Part shown: positions 1 to 7,734 of the stretch, one piece after another
Layout of the letters: the number at the start of each line of letters is the position of its first letter
Position numbering within the stretch: the first letter of the stretch is position 1
DNA from: a virus
Lineage: Duplodnaviria > Caudoviricetes
Reading direction: 5' to 3' (one strand)
Length of the DNA stretch: 64,000 bases
IMG/VR virus record: IMGVR_UViG_3300043252_000011
Span: 1 to 64,000 of that record
Notes under the pieces: generated by a model
The model's input: only the letters and a program-made list of their open reading frames with translations
Told to the model about the DNA's origin: nothing
Database searches by the model: none
Position numbers and translations under genes: made by a program

Positions 1-394
1 GAATGTCGCCAACTTAGAGGTATTCCGATGCACCGACCGAGCGAATTTTTAGCCTGGGCCGTCGAGACATTCGGTCCGGTTGCCCTCAAGCGCAAAGAAC
101 GCCTTATGCGCTTTACTGAGGAAGCAATCGAACTCGCGCACGCGGACGGCCTTAAGCGGGCTGATTTGGATAGGCTTTTGGACCGCGTTTATTCGCGTCC
201 TGCTGGCCATGTGTGGCGCGAAATCGGCCAAGCGCAGGCGTGCCTAGAAACCTACGCCCAAAGCATCGGCGTGTCTGCGGACGAACAGGCGCAGAAGGAA
301 TTTGATCGGGTGCGCAAAATCCCGAAAGAGGAATGGACGAAACGCCACGCGGCCAAGGTCGGCCTTGGTATCGCCGGCTGATACGGAATTAACA
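1..394 (+). repeat. 394-bp exact direct repeat, copy 1 (copy 2 at 52077-52470)
   Basis: Identical from gaatgtcgcc to ggaattaaca at offset 52076; diverges immediately after (tgcaag vs cggaga). Confidence 0.97.
28..381 (+). CDS. MazG-like NTP pyrophosphohydrolase-fold protein
   Basis: WAVETFG...RLMRFTEEAIEL...EIGQ resembles the all-alpha NTP-PPase EExxE motif; SD-like gagg upstream. Confidence 0.55.
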   Translation: MHRPSEFLAWAVETFGPVALKRKERLMRFTEEAIELAHADGLKRADLDRLLDRVYSRPAGHVWREIGQAQACLETYAQSIGVSADEQAQKEFDRVRKIPKEEWTKRHAAKVGLGIAG

Positions 395-672
395 TGCAAG
401 ACGGACTAAAAATTGAAACGGCTGCCGCGTTCACGCTGCGCGACGCAATCCGTCAGCATATGCAATCGTTTGCTTTGACTATCCGTACGAACCGCCGATC
501 TAATCAAGCCGTAGTTGCGGTGTACGTTGACGGCTTGGCGGGCGCCGTGGCGCTAACGATCGCGGGCGGCCACGGCAGCAAGGAAGACGTCGTTAACGCA
601 ACGGTAACTAAGTTGCGTGAAGCTGTGGACCGGGATTTGAGGCATTTGGGAAGAGAACATGCCCAACACTGA
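394..672 (+). CDS. hypothetical protein
   Basis: ATG ORF in tightly packed operon. Confidence 0.6.
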   Translation: MQDGLKIETAAAFTLRDAIRQHMQSFALTIRTNRRSNQAVVAVYVDGLAGAVALTIAGGHGSKEDVVNATVTKLREAVDRDLRHLGREHAQH

Positions 673-865
673 ACCAAATTCGTTGCCGCCAAACTTTGAC
701 AGTTGGATGGATTGGCGCGACCTGTACACGTCGCATGCCGCAGAGTTCAACGCCAGCCCGAAGACTTATTCCGGTGTGGTGTTGCTTAAAATACGGCTGA
801 AGCGCATGGGATTTGTTGGCGTCAATCTGGAACGAGAAATTGAGTTCATAAAAGAAAACGCCTGA
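659..865 (+). CDS. hypothetical protein
   Basis: ATG ORF overlapping upstream stop and abutting the helicase. Confidence 0.6.
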   Translation: MPNTEPNSLPPNFDSWMDWRDLYTSHAAEFNASPKTYSGVVLLKIRLKRMGFVGVNLEREIEFIKENA

Positions 866-867
866 CA

Positions 868-2520
868 ATGCACGCCGGCTTCCCCATAACACCGCCCCCG
901 CTGTTCGTACCGCGCCGGCATCAAACCGAAGGTGTACAGACGCTTATAAACCACGACGGCCGATTCAGCGTCGCCGAAGTCAGCGTCGCGGGTGGCAAAA
1001 GCGCGATGTTGGGAATGCTGGCGCTGCATTACAGCCAGTTCGGTCGCGTACTGATAGTTGCACACAACAAGGAATTGGTGGTTCAAAATGTCGAAGCCTG
1101 CAAGCAACTTGGGTGTGTCCCTGGTGTCTGCTCCGCATCCATCAGCGTCAACGCCTTCGCAAGAGTTACTGTCGGAACTATCGGAACAATCGTTAGTAGA
1201 CTCCACCTTTTCCGTGACGTGGTGGCGATACTTGTGGATGAGGTTCACAGGACGCCACCCGCTAAGTCATCGCAATACCGGCGGCTGTTTGATAAGCTCG
1301 CACAAACCAAAGTCCACGGACTGACCGCAACACCGTTCCGATCGGACGGCACTGGCGATCTTAACCGTACATTCGGGCCGGTTGTTTTCAAATATTCATT
1401 TCTCGACGCGCTCCGCGACGGCTACGTTAAGCCGCTCGTTCCCGTGGATGCCGGCGAGGACGAAACTATTGAGGTCGAAGGACTGAAGACCGTAGCCGGC
1501 GACTTCGATATGGACGAAATGGCGCCGCGTGCGATCAAGCTGTCGCCAAGCCATGCGAAAACAATTTTGGAGGTCATGCAAAAGTACGGGCGCCGTCGCG
1601 TGCTGGTGTTCTGTTGCAATATCGAGCACGTTGATAAGATGGACGCGGAGCTGCAAAAACTTAATGCCTCAGTTGTCGGCGTGCATTCGCGCTCGCTCAC
1701 AGGCAAGCGGGACAAAGCCGTTGAAGCATTCAAAGCCGGCCGCGCTGAAATTCTCGTTTCGTGCAATATGTTCACGACGGGCTTTAACGTTGTGGATATT
1801 GATTACATGGCATTCTGCCGCGCCACCAAATCTGCCGTACTGTACGCACAAAGCCTAGGTCGTGGTGCCCGTATAACGCCATACGCCGCTAATTGCCTCG
1901 TATCGGATTTTGGCGGCAACATTCAACGACACGGCACCCTTGACGCCGTGATGGCAGCTCCGGGGCGCTTGTTGGAGTGTGAAGCGGTGTTACCGTCTGG
2001 ACCATGCGCCGCCGAATGGGAAACATGGGAAAACGGCAAAACCTGCCCAAAGTGTCAAACACTGCATCGTAGCGCACCGAAATGTAAAAGCTGCGGCGAA
2101 GCGTTCGATCCGCATTTCCACGGCATGCGCTGCCCACACTGTCACCAACAGCAATCCGAAATAAAGACGTGCGCAGCGTGCGAGGAAACGTACGCGGCAT
2201 TCTTGCACCCGATATGCCCGTTTTGCGGTTTCGACAACACCGTAACGATGGCGGCCGGCAAGGATCTGAAAATGCGCGGCGGTGCGAGTGAAGCCGTCAA
2301 CATTCGCAAACTGGTCGAAGCCGAGCCGTGGCAGGCCGTGGTGAGCCCGCCGGTCAAAAACCCTTCGGGCGGCTGGACGTTGACAACGAAATTCACTACC
2401 TGTACATGGCCGTACGAAGTGCTACCCGAGCCGCATTCGGTTTACTTGAAGCGTTCGCCGAACGGTCGGTATGTTGCGGCTGGCGTGTACGACAGGCAAG
2501 GACAGATACATCAAAGGTGA
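868..2520 (+). CDS. SF2 DEAD/DEAH-box helicase (RadD/YejH-like) with C-terminal zinc ribbons
   Basis: Motifs AGGKS, DEVH, GLTATP, TTGFN, QSLGRGAR; several CxxC pairs in the C-terminus. Confidence 0.92.
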   Translation: MHAGFPITPPPLFVPRRHQTEGVQTLINHDGRFSVAEVSVAGGKSAMLGMLALHYSQFGRVLIVAHNKELVVQNVEACKQLGCVPGVCSASISVNAFARVTVGTIGTIVSRLHLFRDVVAILVDEVHRTPPAKSSQYRRLFDKLAQTKVHGLTATPFRSDGTGDLNRTFGPVVFKYSFLDALRDGYVKPLVPVDAGEDETIEVEGLKTVAGDFDMDEMAPRAIKLSPSHAKTILEVMQKYGRRRVLVFCCNIEHVDKMDAELQKLNASVVGVHSRSLTGKRDKAVEAFKAGRAEILVSCNMFTTGFNVVDIDYMAFCRATKSAVLYAQSLGRGARITPYAANCLVSDFGGNIQRHGTLDAVMAAPGRLLECEAVLPSGPCAAEWETWENGKTCPKCQTLHRSAPKCKSCGEAFDPHFHGMRCPHCHQQQSEIKTCAACEETYAAFLHPICPFCGFDNTVTMAAGKDLKMRGGASEAVNIRKLVEAEPWQAVVSPPVKNPSGGWTLTTKFTTCTWPYEVLPEPHSVYLKRSPNGRYVAAGVYDRQGQIHQR

Positions 2521-2524
2521 CGAT

Positions 2525-2662
2525 ATGGCGTGGAACCCGCCGCATTGGTTCGTAATGCCGCCTAGCGGTGAAAGTCGCCGTTTTGTAAGTACGCAGGCAA
2601 TGGTGATGTTCTTACGGAAGCACCCCGGCTGCTTAGTGACTTGGGTCATCCATCAAAGGTGA
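2525..2662 (+). CDS. small hypothetical protein (MAWNPPHW...)
   Basis: SD aaggtga then ATG; ends in the same 12 bp as the helicase. Confidence 0.55.
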   Translation: MAWNPPHWFVMPPSGESRRFVSTQAMVMFLRKHPGCLVTWVIHQR

Positions 2663-2665
2663 AAC

Positions 2666-2836
2666 ATGGCAAGGACAGTTGAAACGTACAACGCAGCGGT
2701 CGAAGCCTGCGTACAGACGATTAAAGAAATGAAAATCAAAACTGCGGATAGAGACGCTGGAAGTGGTTACGTTTTTAATGAAACTCTCAACGAAATCATA
2801 AAGGCCATCCGAAAACTTCGCCGTCCTGTCACCTAG
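2666..2836 (+). CDS. small hypothetical protein (56 aa, MARTVETYNAAVEAC...)
   Basis: Manual translation; SD aaggtga; below ORF-track cutoff. Confidence 0.55.
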   Translation: MARTVETYNAAVEACVQTIKEMKIKTADRDAGSGYVFNETLNEIIKAIRKLRRPVT

Positions 2837-2915
2837 CCTTGTACGGATAAAGGCTCTTGACGCCGCCCTAAATTCTTGTCATACAAATCGGCCTTAACCA
2901 ACGGAGAGCGGAACC

Positions 2916-3353
2916 ATGAAAATCACAGTCGAGTTTGACAGCGAGGAAGAATTCAAGGCGCGAATCAAAAATCCGCGCGGCGAGCGGGGCGACGGTGCCG
3001 GGCAGACGACGCAAGCCCCGCCGCCCTTGCAGCCGCCTCAGACGCAGCCTGCGTTCAATCCGACCCCGCCGCCGCCCCAGACAGCCGCGTTTACGCCGCC
3101 CCAAGGCTTCCCTGGCGCGCCTGTTGGACAGCCTGCAGCCGATCCTGTCGTATCTGGCCTCGTCCAGCGTATCTCGGCCCGCATTGACAGCGCGCTTGCC
3201 AGCGGCCAGCCTGCCGACGCGGTGCTGAATTGGTTCCGCGGGCAATGCGGCGCCGAGGCGTCGGCCGCAACCATGGACCAGATCAAGACTGTTTTTCTGC
3301 ACAAGCTGGCGCAGCCGGGGCTGGAGAACATTGCGAGATTGATGAACGCCTGA
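2916..3353 (+). CDS. Pro/Gln-rich hypothetical protein
   Basis: SD ggagag; low-complexity linker and small helical C-terminal domain; occupies the position before DUF2800 in APSE-type modules. Confidence 0.75.
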   Translation: MKITVEFDSEEEFKARIKNPRGERGDGAGQTTQAPPPLQPPQTQPAFNPTPPPPQTAAFTPPQGFPGAPVGQPAADPVVSGLVQRISARIDSALASGQPADAVLNWFRGQCGAEASAATMDQIKTVFLHKLAQPGLENIARLMNA

Positions 3354-3368
3354 CGCGACATTGACCGT

Positions 3369-3532
3369 CGGTTAGCAGAGGGATCGGCAAAGAAAGATTA
3401 CTTGCGTTCGCGTCGGGTACAAGGTGATAGGCGTTCAAAGTAATCAACCTCTGCACCGTTTTCATAATTAGGGCGCACAATGGCGTCCTAGGGGCGGCGG
3501 CTTACAGGTACAATGCGTTACCCGCCGCCCCT
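3369..3532 (+). ncRNA. candidate structured intergenic RNA or DNA hairpin element
   Basis: Stems 3375-3381/3448-3454, 3396-3403/3438-3445, 3469-3476/3483-3490, 3490-3500/3522-3532. Confidence 0.4.
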
Positions 3533-3552
3533 GAATTTTCAAAGGTCTGTAC

Positions 3553-4533
3553 ATGCCCCACGCCCTATTCGCACCATCGTCCGCCGCGACGTGGCTAGAG
3601 TGCTCTTTCAGCGCCCGCAACAGCATACCGGAAGCGCCAAAGCCATTGAAGACGCAACTTGCAGCGGACGAAGGCACGCGCGGTCACGAATTACTAGCCG
3701 CTGCCGTTGCGGAGAATGCTTTTCCTGACGACAGCGACAGTAAAGCAGAAGCCGTTGCTTTAGGTATTAGTTTTGTACGGCAGCTGGAGCCCGGCGATAC
3801 GTACACGGAATTGACGGTAGAACTAACGCACGAATGCGGCGGTACGGCCGATCTATTCAACGACCATCCGTACATCGCCACGATCATGGATTACAAGTTC
3901 GGCAAGTGGGACGTTGACGCGTACCACAACAAGCAAATGCTGACCTATGCCGCTGCATTGCTCAACGAGTGCGATGCCGAATGGTGGCGCCTTGTGATTT
4001 TTCAGCCGAACGGCCTAGACGAAATTCCCTTTAAGCAATGGGTCGCACATCGCAGCGAAGTGATTGCGCATCGCGACCGCGTGTTGCGACAGATTGCCGA
4101 TCGGAGCGCCCCGCGCCCCGGCCCGTGGTGCCGCTGGTGCAACGCATTCCAGCAATGCCCGGCCATGTCGATTGATGCCGGTTTCGTCATGGGTGCCATG
4201 TCACGCGTCCCCGAAAGCCTGACCAGCGAGGAACTTGTACGGCTGTTGCGAATCATCCGCGCGCTTGACGACGTGAAAGCGGTTTATGATGACGCACTGA
4301 CTACAAAATTAAAGCTGGGCTACGCGACGCCGGGTGCCGTATTAAAGCCAGCGCGTGCGTTCCGTGCTTGGAATGACCAAGAGCAAGCGGCCAAAGTGCT
4401 ATACGAACAATTTGGCCCGCGTGGAATCAAGCCCGTGTCCCCAGCGCAGGCCGAAAAATTGGGGCCGGCTGGTAAGCAATATGCGGCTGTCGGAGCGCAT
4501 AAGCCCGAAGGGCAGTTGAAAGCGAGTTATTAG
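3553..4533 (+). CDS. DUF2800 / Cas4-like PD-(D/E)XK exonuclease
   Basis: HALFAPSSAATWLEC, EGTRGH, GTADL, DYKFG, QMLTYA, CRWC...C. Confidence 0.88.
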   Translation: MPHALFAPSSAATWLECSFSARNSIPEAPKPLKTQLAADEGTRGHELLAAAVAENAFPDDSDSKAEAVALGISFVRQLEPGDTYTELTVELTHECGGTADLFNDHPYIATIMDYKFGKWDVDAYHNKQMLTYAAALLNECDAEWWRLVIFQPNGLDEIPFKQWVAHRSEVIAHRDRVLRQIADRSAPRPGPWCRWCNAFQQCPAMSIDAGFVMGAMSRVPESLTSEELVRLLRIIRALDDVKAVYDDALTTKLKLGYATPGAVLKPARAFRAWNDQEQAAKVLYEQFGPRGIKPVSPAQAEKLGPAGKQYAAVGAHKPEGQLKASY

Positions 4534-4534
4534 T

Positions 4535-4897
4535 ATGATCGGCATTGAAAAACTGACCAAGTATCGGCTGTGTTATCTGGCAACGCCGTATAGCAAATTT
4601 CCCAGCGGCATCCACTGTGCGTTTGTCGAAGCGTCGATCTTCGCTGCGAGATTGCTCGCGCTTGGCGTTAAAGTTTATAGCCCGATCGCTCACACGCACC
4701 CGCTCGCAATTTACGGCAACATCGATCCGTTAAACCTCGATATTTGGTTGCCATTCGATGCTGCAATGATGGACGCTTCTGAGGCGCTACTGGTCGCCGA
4801 AATGACGGGCTGGCAAACCAGCAAGGGCATTAAACACGAAATCGACTATTTCACAGACGCCGGGAAGGATGTTCATTTTTTGCCATACCCCCTATAA
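4535..4897 (+). CDS. DUF1937 / nucleoside 2-deoxyribosyltransferase-like protein
   Basis: YLATPYS...VYSPIAHTHP...GWQTSKGIKHEI. Confidence 0.8.
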   Translation: MIGIEKLTKYRLCYLATPYSKFPSGIHCAFVEASIFAARLLALGVKVYSPIAHTHPLAIYGNIDPLNLDIWLPFDAAMMDASEALLVAEMTGWQTSKGIKHEIDYFTDAGKDVHFLPYPL

Positions 4898-4904
4898 GAC
4901 TCAC

Positions 4905-4933
4905 TTGACCCTACCTGCCTTTGTCAGTACACT
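4905..4933 (+). promoter_or_regulatory. sigma70-like promoter of the SSB gene
   Basis: TTGACC-N17-TACACT. Confidence 0.7.
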
Positions 4934-4985
4934 CCAAATTCCCTACCGGCTGGGTTAGCCGGATTGATAAATGATAGGTGATAAA

Positions 4986-5756
4986 ATGGCTAACAGACAA
5001 TACGAAGCTGCAACAGTGTTCAATGCTCGCATTGCTGACATGCGGCATCTGTGGACGCCGAGCACAGTGTACAAAGGGCAGCCGACGCAAAAGCCTAACT
5101 ACTTCGCCATGTTCTTAGTTAAGAAAACCGTGGCGCAGTGGTTTCAGGAACCGGCACTCGCGGGCATTTCGGCGGCGTGCGGCAAGATCTACCAGAACAA
5201 CCCGCATATCCTTGTTTGGCCCGTCGTTGACGGCGACATGCCGAGCCCGGAAGGCAAATCATCTGAGTTTGCCAAAAGTCATTGGCTGTTTTCGGGATCG
5301 AGTGCCAACCCGCCGAACGTCGAAATCGTACAAGCCGGCGGTGTACTTACGAAGCTTACGAACAAAGTCGGTGTAAAATCCGGCGATTACGTCATGGCCG
5401 GCGTGACTGCGGCCGTAAAACAGAATGACCCGCGCGGCGTCAAGCTCTACCTTAACGCCGTCGTGTTTTCGTCGCCGGGCGAGGAAATCGTATTCGCCAA
5501 CTCCGTCAGCGGTGCCGAACTGATGCGTATGGCGGAACAGCAAGGCTTGCGTCCAGCGGGTTTCAGTCCTTCGCCTGGAGGCTTTACGCCGCAACAGCCC
5601 TTTGGCCAGCAACCGCAGGGTTTTACGCCGCCGGGAAGCAGCTTTGCCCCTACTCCGGGCGCCCCTGCAGCCCCGGCCTTCGCTGCCCCGGCCCTCACTG
5701 GTCCGGGTTTCGGTGGGAATGCGACATACCCTTCTAACCCCTTCGCACCGCGCTAA
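4986..5756 (+). CDS. ssb: DUF2815-type phage single-stranded DNA-binding protein
   Basis: VVDGD, SGDYV, GVKLYLNAV motifs; lies between DUF2800 and PolA; SD aggtga. Confidence 0.8.
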   Translation: MANRQYEAATVFNARIADMRHLWTPSTVYKGQPTQKPNYFAMFLVKKTVAQWFQEPALAGISAACGKIYQNNPHILVWPVVDGDMPSPEGKSSEFAKSHWLFSGSSANPPNVEIVQAGGVLTKLTNKVGVKSGDYVMAGVTAAVKQNDPRGVKLYLNAVVFSSPGEEIVFANSVSGAELMRMAEQQGLRPAGFSPSPGGFTPQQPFGQQPQGFTPPGSSFAPTPGAPAAPAFAAPALTGPGFGGNATYPSNPFAPR

Positions 5757-5769
5757 ACCGTCAGAGAGG

Positions 5770-5794
5770 GCGGGGACTTCGGTCCCCGCTTTTT
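5770..5794 (+). terminator. Rho-independent terminator-like hairpin
   Basis: GCGGGGAC-TTCG-GTCCCCGC followed by TTTTT. Confidence 0.85.
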
Positions 5795-5796
5795 CC

Positions 5797-7734
5797 ATGC
5801 CGCATCCTGACGACCTATTGGCCGATTTTGAGACGCGCAGCCGTTGCGATCTTAAAAAGGCCGGCGCGAGGCGCTATGCGGCCGATCCTTCGACCGGCAT
5901 CACGTCGGTCGTTTGGCAGTTTCGCGGCACCCGCAAACGCGCCTGCCCTGTGCATCCGCATTTAGGCACGCACGCGCTAACGGACTTGTATGTCGATGTA
6001 CGGCAATGCCGCCGGTTTGTCGCGCACCACGCAAATTTTGACGTGAGTATTCTACGCGCGGTCAATCCGTTTCTCGATCTGCCGCTGCCAAAAATCGACT
6101 GCACAATGGCGCGGGCACAATCGCTTGCACTTCCCGGCGGTCTTGACGAAGTTTGCAAGACACTCGGCATTCGGGGCAAAGACCCGCGTGGACGCGAACT
6201 TGTCATGAAGACATGCCGGCCGCAGCGTGACGGCACTTTCAACGAAGATGTACAGACATTTCGTGAGTTGCTGGAATACAATGACCGGGACGTAGATTGC
6301 CTAATCGATTTAGATAGTCGGCTGCCGCCGCTCACGCCAGACGAGCGTTTGATTTTTGAACGTACATGGCGAAAGAACGAAATCGGTTTGCCGATCGACG
6401 TACATTTGGCAACCGCCATTGCAATGCGACGGCAGGAAATTGAGCAAGAGAGTACCGCGACGCTGATGGAACTGACGCAGAACGCGGTAACGAAACTGTC
6501 ACAGCGCCAGCGCATTATCGAGTGGTGCAACAGCGGCAACCGCGCTGCCGAGTTGGAAAGCACGCAAAAACACATCGTCGCTGAAAAACTGGCCGATGAA
6601 AATTTGCACCCCGACGTACGGATTGTTTTGGAATTGCTGCAATCCGAAGGCGGCTCCGCGCCACTCAAAGCGCAAGCCCTGCTGGATCGGCACGTCGGCG
6701 GCTTTTACAAAGACGCCACTCGGTACTTCGGCGCGCGGTCAGGCCGTGGCACGTCCGAAGGTGCCAACATGTTTAACATAGCGAGACCATCGGGTAAGTA
6801 CGACGGGCAGGACGGACGGCCGACAATCGATAGCGTTATTCAGGGCCTTAAAGCCGGCTTCAAATATAACAACATTGCGCTTACCGATTGCCTTCGCAGT
6901 ACGGTCGTAGCTCCGCAAGGCTGGATGGTCTGCGACAACGACTTATCGGGCGCAGAATACCGCCTCGCAATGTGGATGGCGGGCGATACCGAGCGTCTGA
7001 ATGTGTTGGCGACCGGCGGCGATCCGTACATATACAACGCCATTGCCATGGGACGTTGCCCGCCGGGATCTACCAAAAAGACGCACCCGCATGAGCGACA
7101 GAGCTACAAATCGGTGACGCTGGGCGGCAACTACCAACTCGGTTGGAAAACATACATGGCGCACCAGCGTCGCGCCGGCAACAACGTAGACGAAATCAAA
7201 GCCCGCTCCGATATTGACGGCTACCGGCAAGCAAACCCACTTCTCGTGTCTCTTTGGTTTGCGCTCGCCGACGCGTTCAAGTTCGCGATTTATGAGCAAC
7301 CGGGCCGCATATTTCCTGCTGGCAAAGTCGCTTTTCAGAAAGATAGCCACGGCACCGTATGGATGCTGCTACCGTCCGGCCGCGCCGTACCGCACTATTC
7401 CGCGCATATCACGTACGGCGGTGAAATGGTGTTTTTCCGGGCCAAGTTCGGTGCGATGTTGCGGCGAAAAGCATTTGGTGGTTCGTTGCTCGAAATTGCC
7501 TGCCAGTCCATGACGCGGGACTTAGTAACGGCGGCTGAGGCCGACATTGAACGCGAGCTGCCCGACGTAGTGCTGATCTTGGACGTGTACGATTCAATTT
7601 TATCTCTTGCGCGTACTGACGTTGCCAGTGTACGGTCGCAACAGATGCGTGAGATTATGCGGCGCCCGCGTGCGTGGACTTCGGGGCTGCCGCTGGATTG
7701 CGAAGGCTACGAAAGTCAGAGGATGTCGCGATGA
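5797..7734 (+). CDS. DNA polymerase family A (APSE-like) with 3'-5' exonuclease domain
   Basis: Exonuclease DFET, AHHANFD, YNDRD; motif A DLSGAEYR, motif B RQSYKSVTLGGNY, motif C VYDS; start taken at ATG 5797. Confidence 0.93.
   Translation: MPHPDDLLADFETRSRCDLKKAGARRYAADPSTGITSVVWQFRGTRKRACPVHPHLGTHALTDLYVDVRQCRRFVAHHANFDVSILRAVNPFLDLPLPKIDCTMARAQSLALPGGLDEVCKTLGIRGKDPRGRELVMKTCRPQRDGTFNEDVQTFRELLEYNDRDVDCLIDLDSRLPPLTPDERLIFERTWRKNEIGLPIDVHLATAIAMRRQEIEQESTATLMELTQNAVTKLSQRQRIIEWCNSGNRAAELESTQKHIVAEKLADENLHPDVRIVLELLQSEGGSAPLKAQALLDRHVGGFYKDATRYFGARSGRGTSEGANMFNIARPSGKYDGQDGRPTIDSVIQGLKAGFKYNNIALTDCLRSTVVAPQGWMVCDNDLSGAEYRLAMWMAGDTERLNVLATGGDPYIYNAIAMGRCPPGSTKKTHPHERQSYKSVTLGGNYQLGWKTYMAHQRRAGNNVDEIKARSDIDGYRQANPLLVSLWFALADAFKFAIYEQPGRIFPAGKVAFQKDSHGTVWMLLPSGRAVPHYSAHITYGGEMVFFRAKFGAMLRRKAFGGSLLEIACQSMTRDLVTAAEADIERELPDVVLILDVYDSILSLARTDVASVRSQQMREIMRRPRAWTSGLPLDCEGYESQRMSR

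Noticed and set aside
5602-5796. N-terminal extension of the polymerase or SSB-polymerase fusion
   Set aside because: Extension overlaps the GC-rich SSB tail, is not polymerase-like, crosses a terminator, and would need a +1 shift with no evident signal
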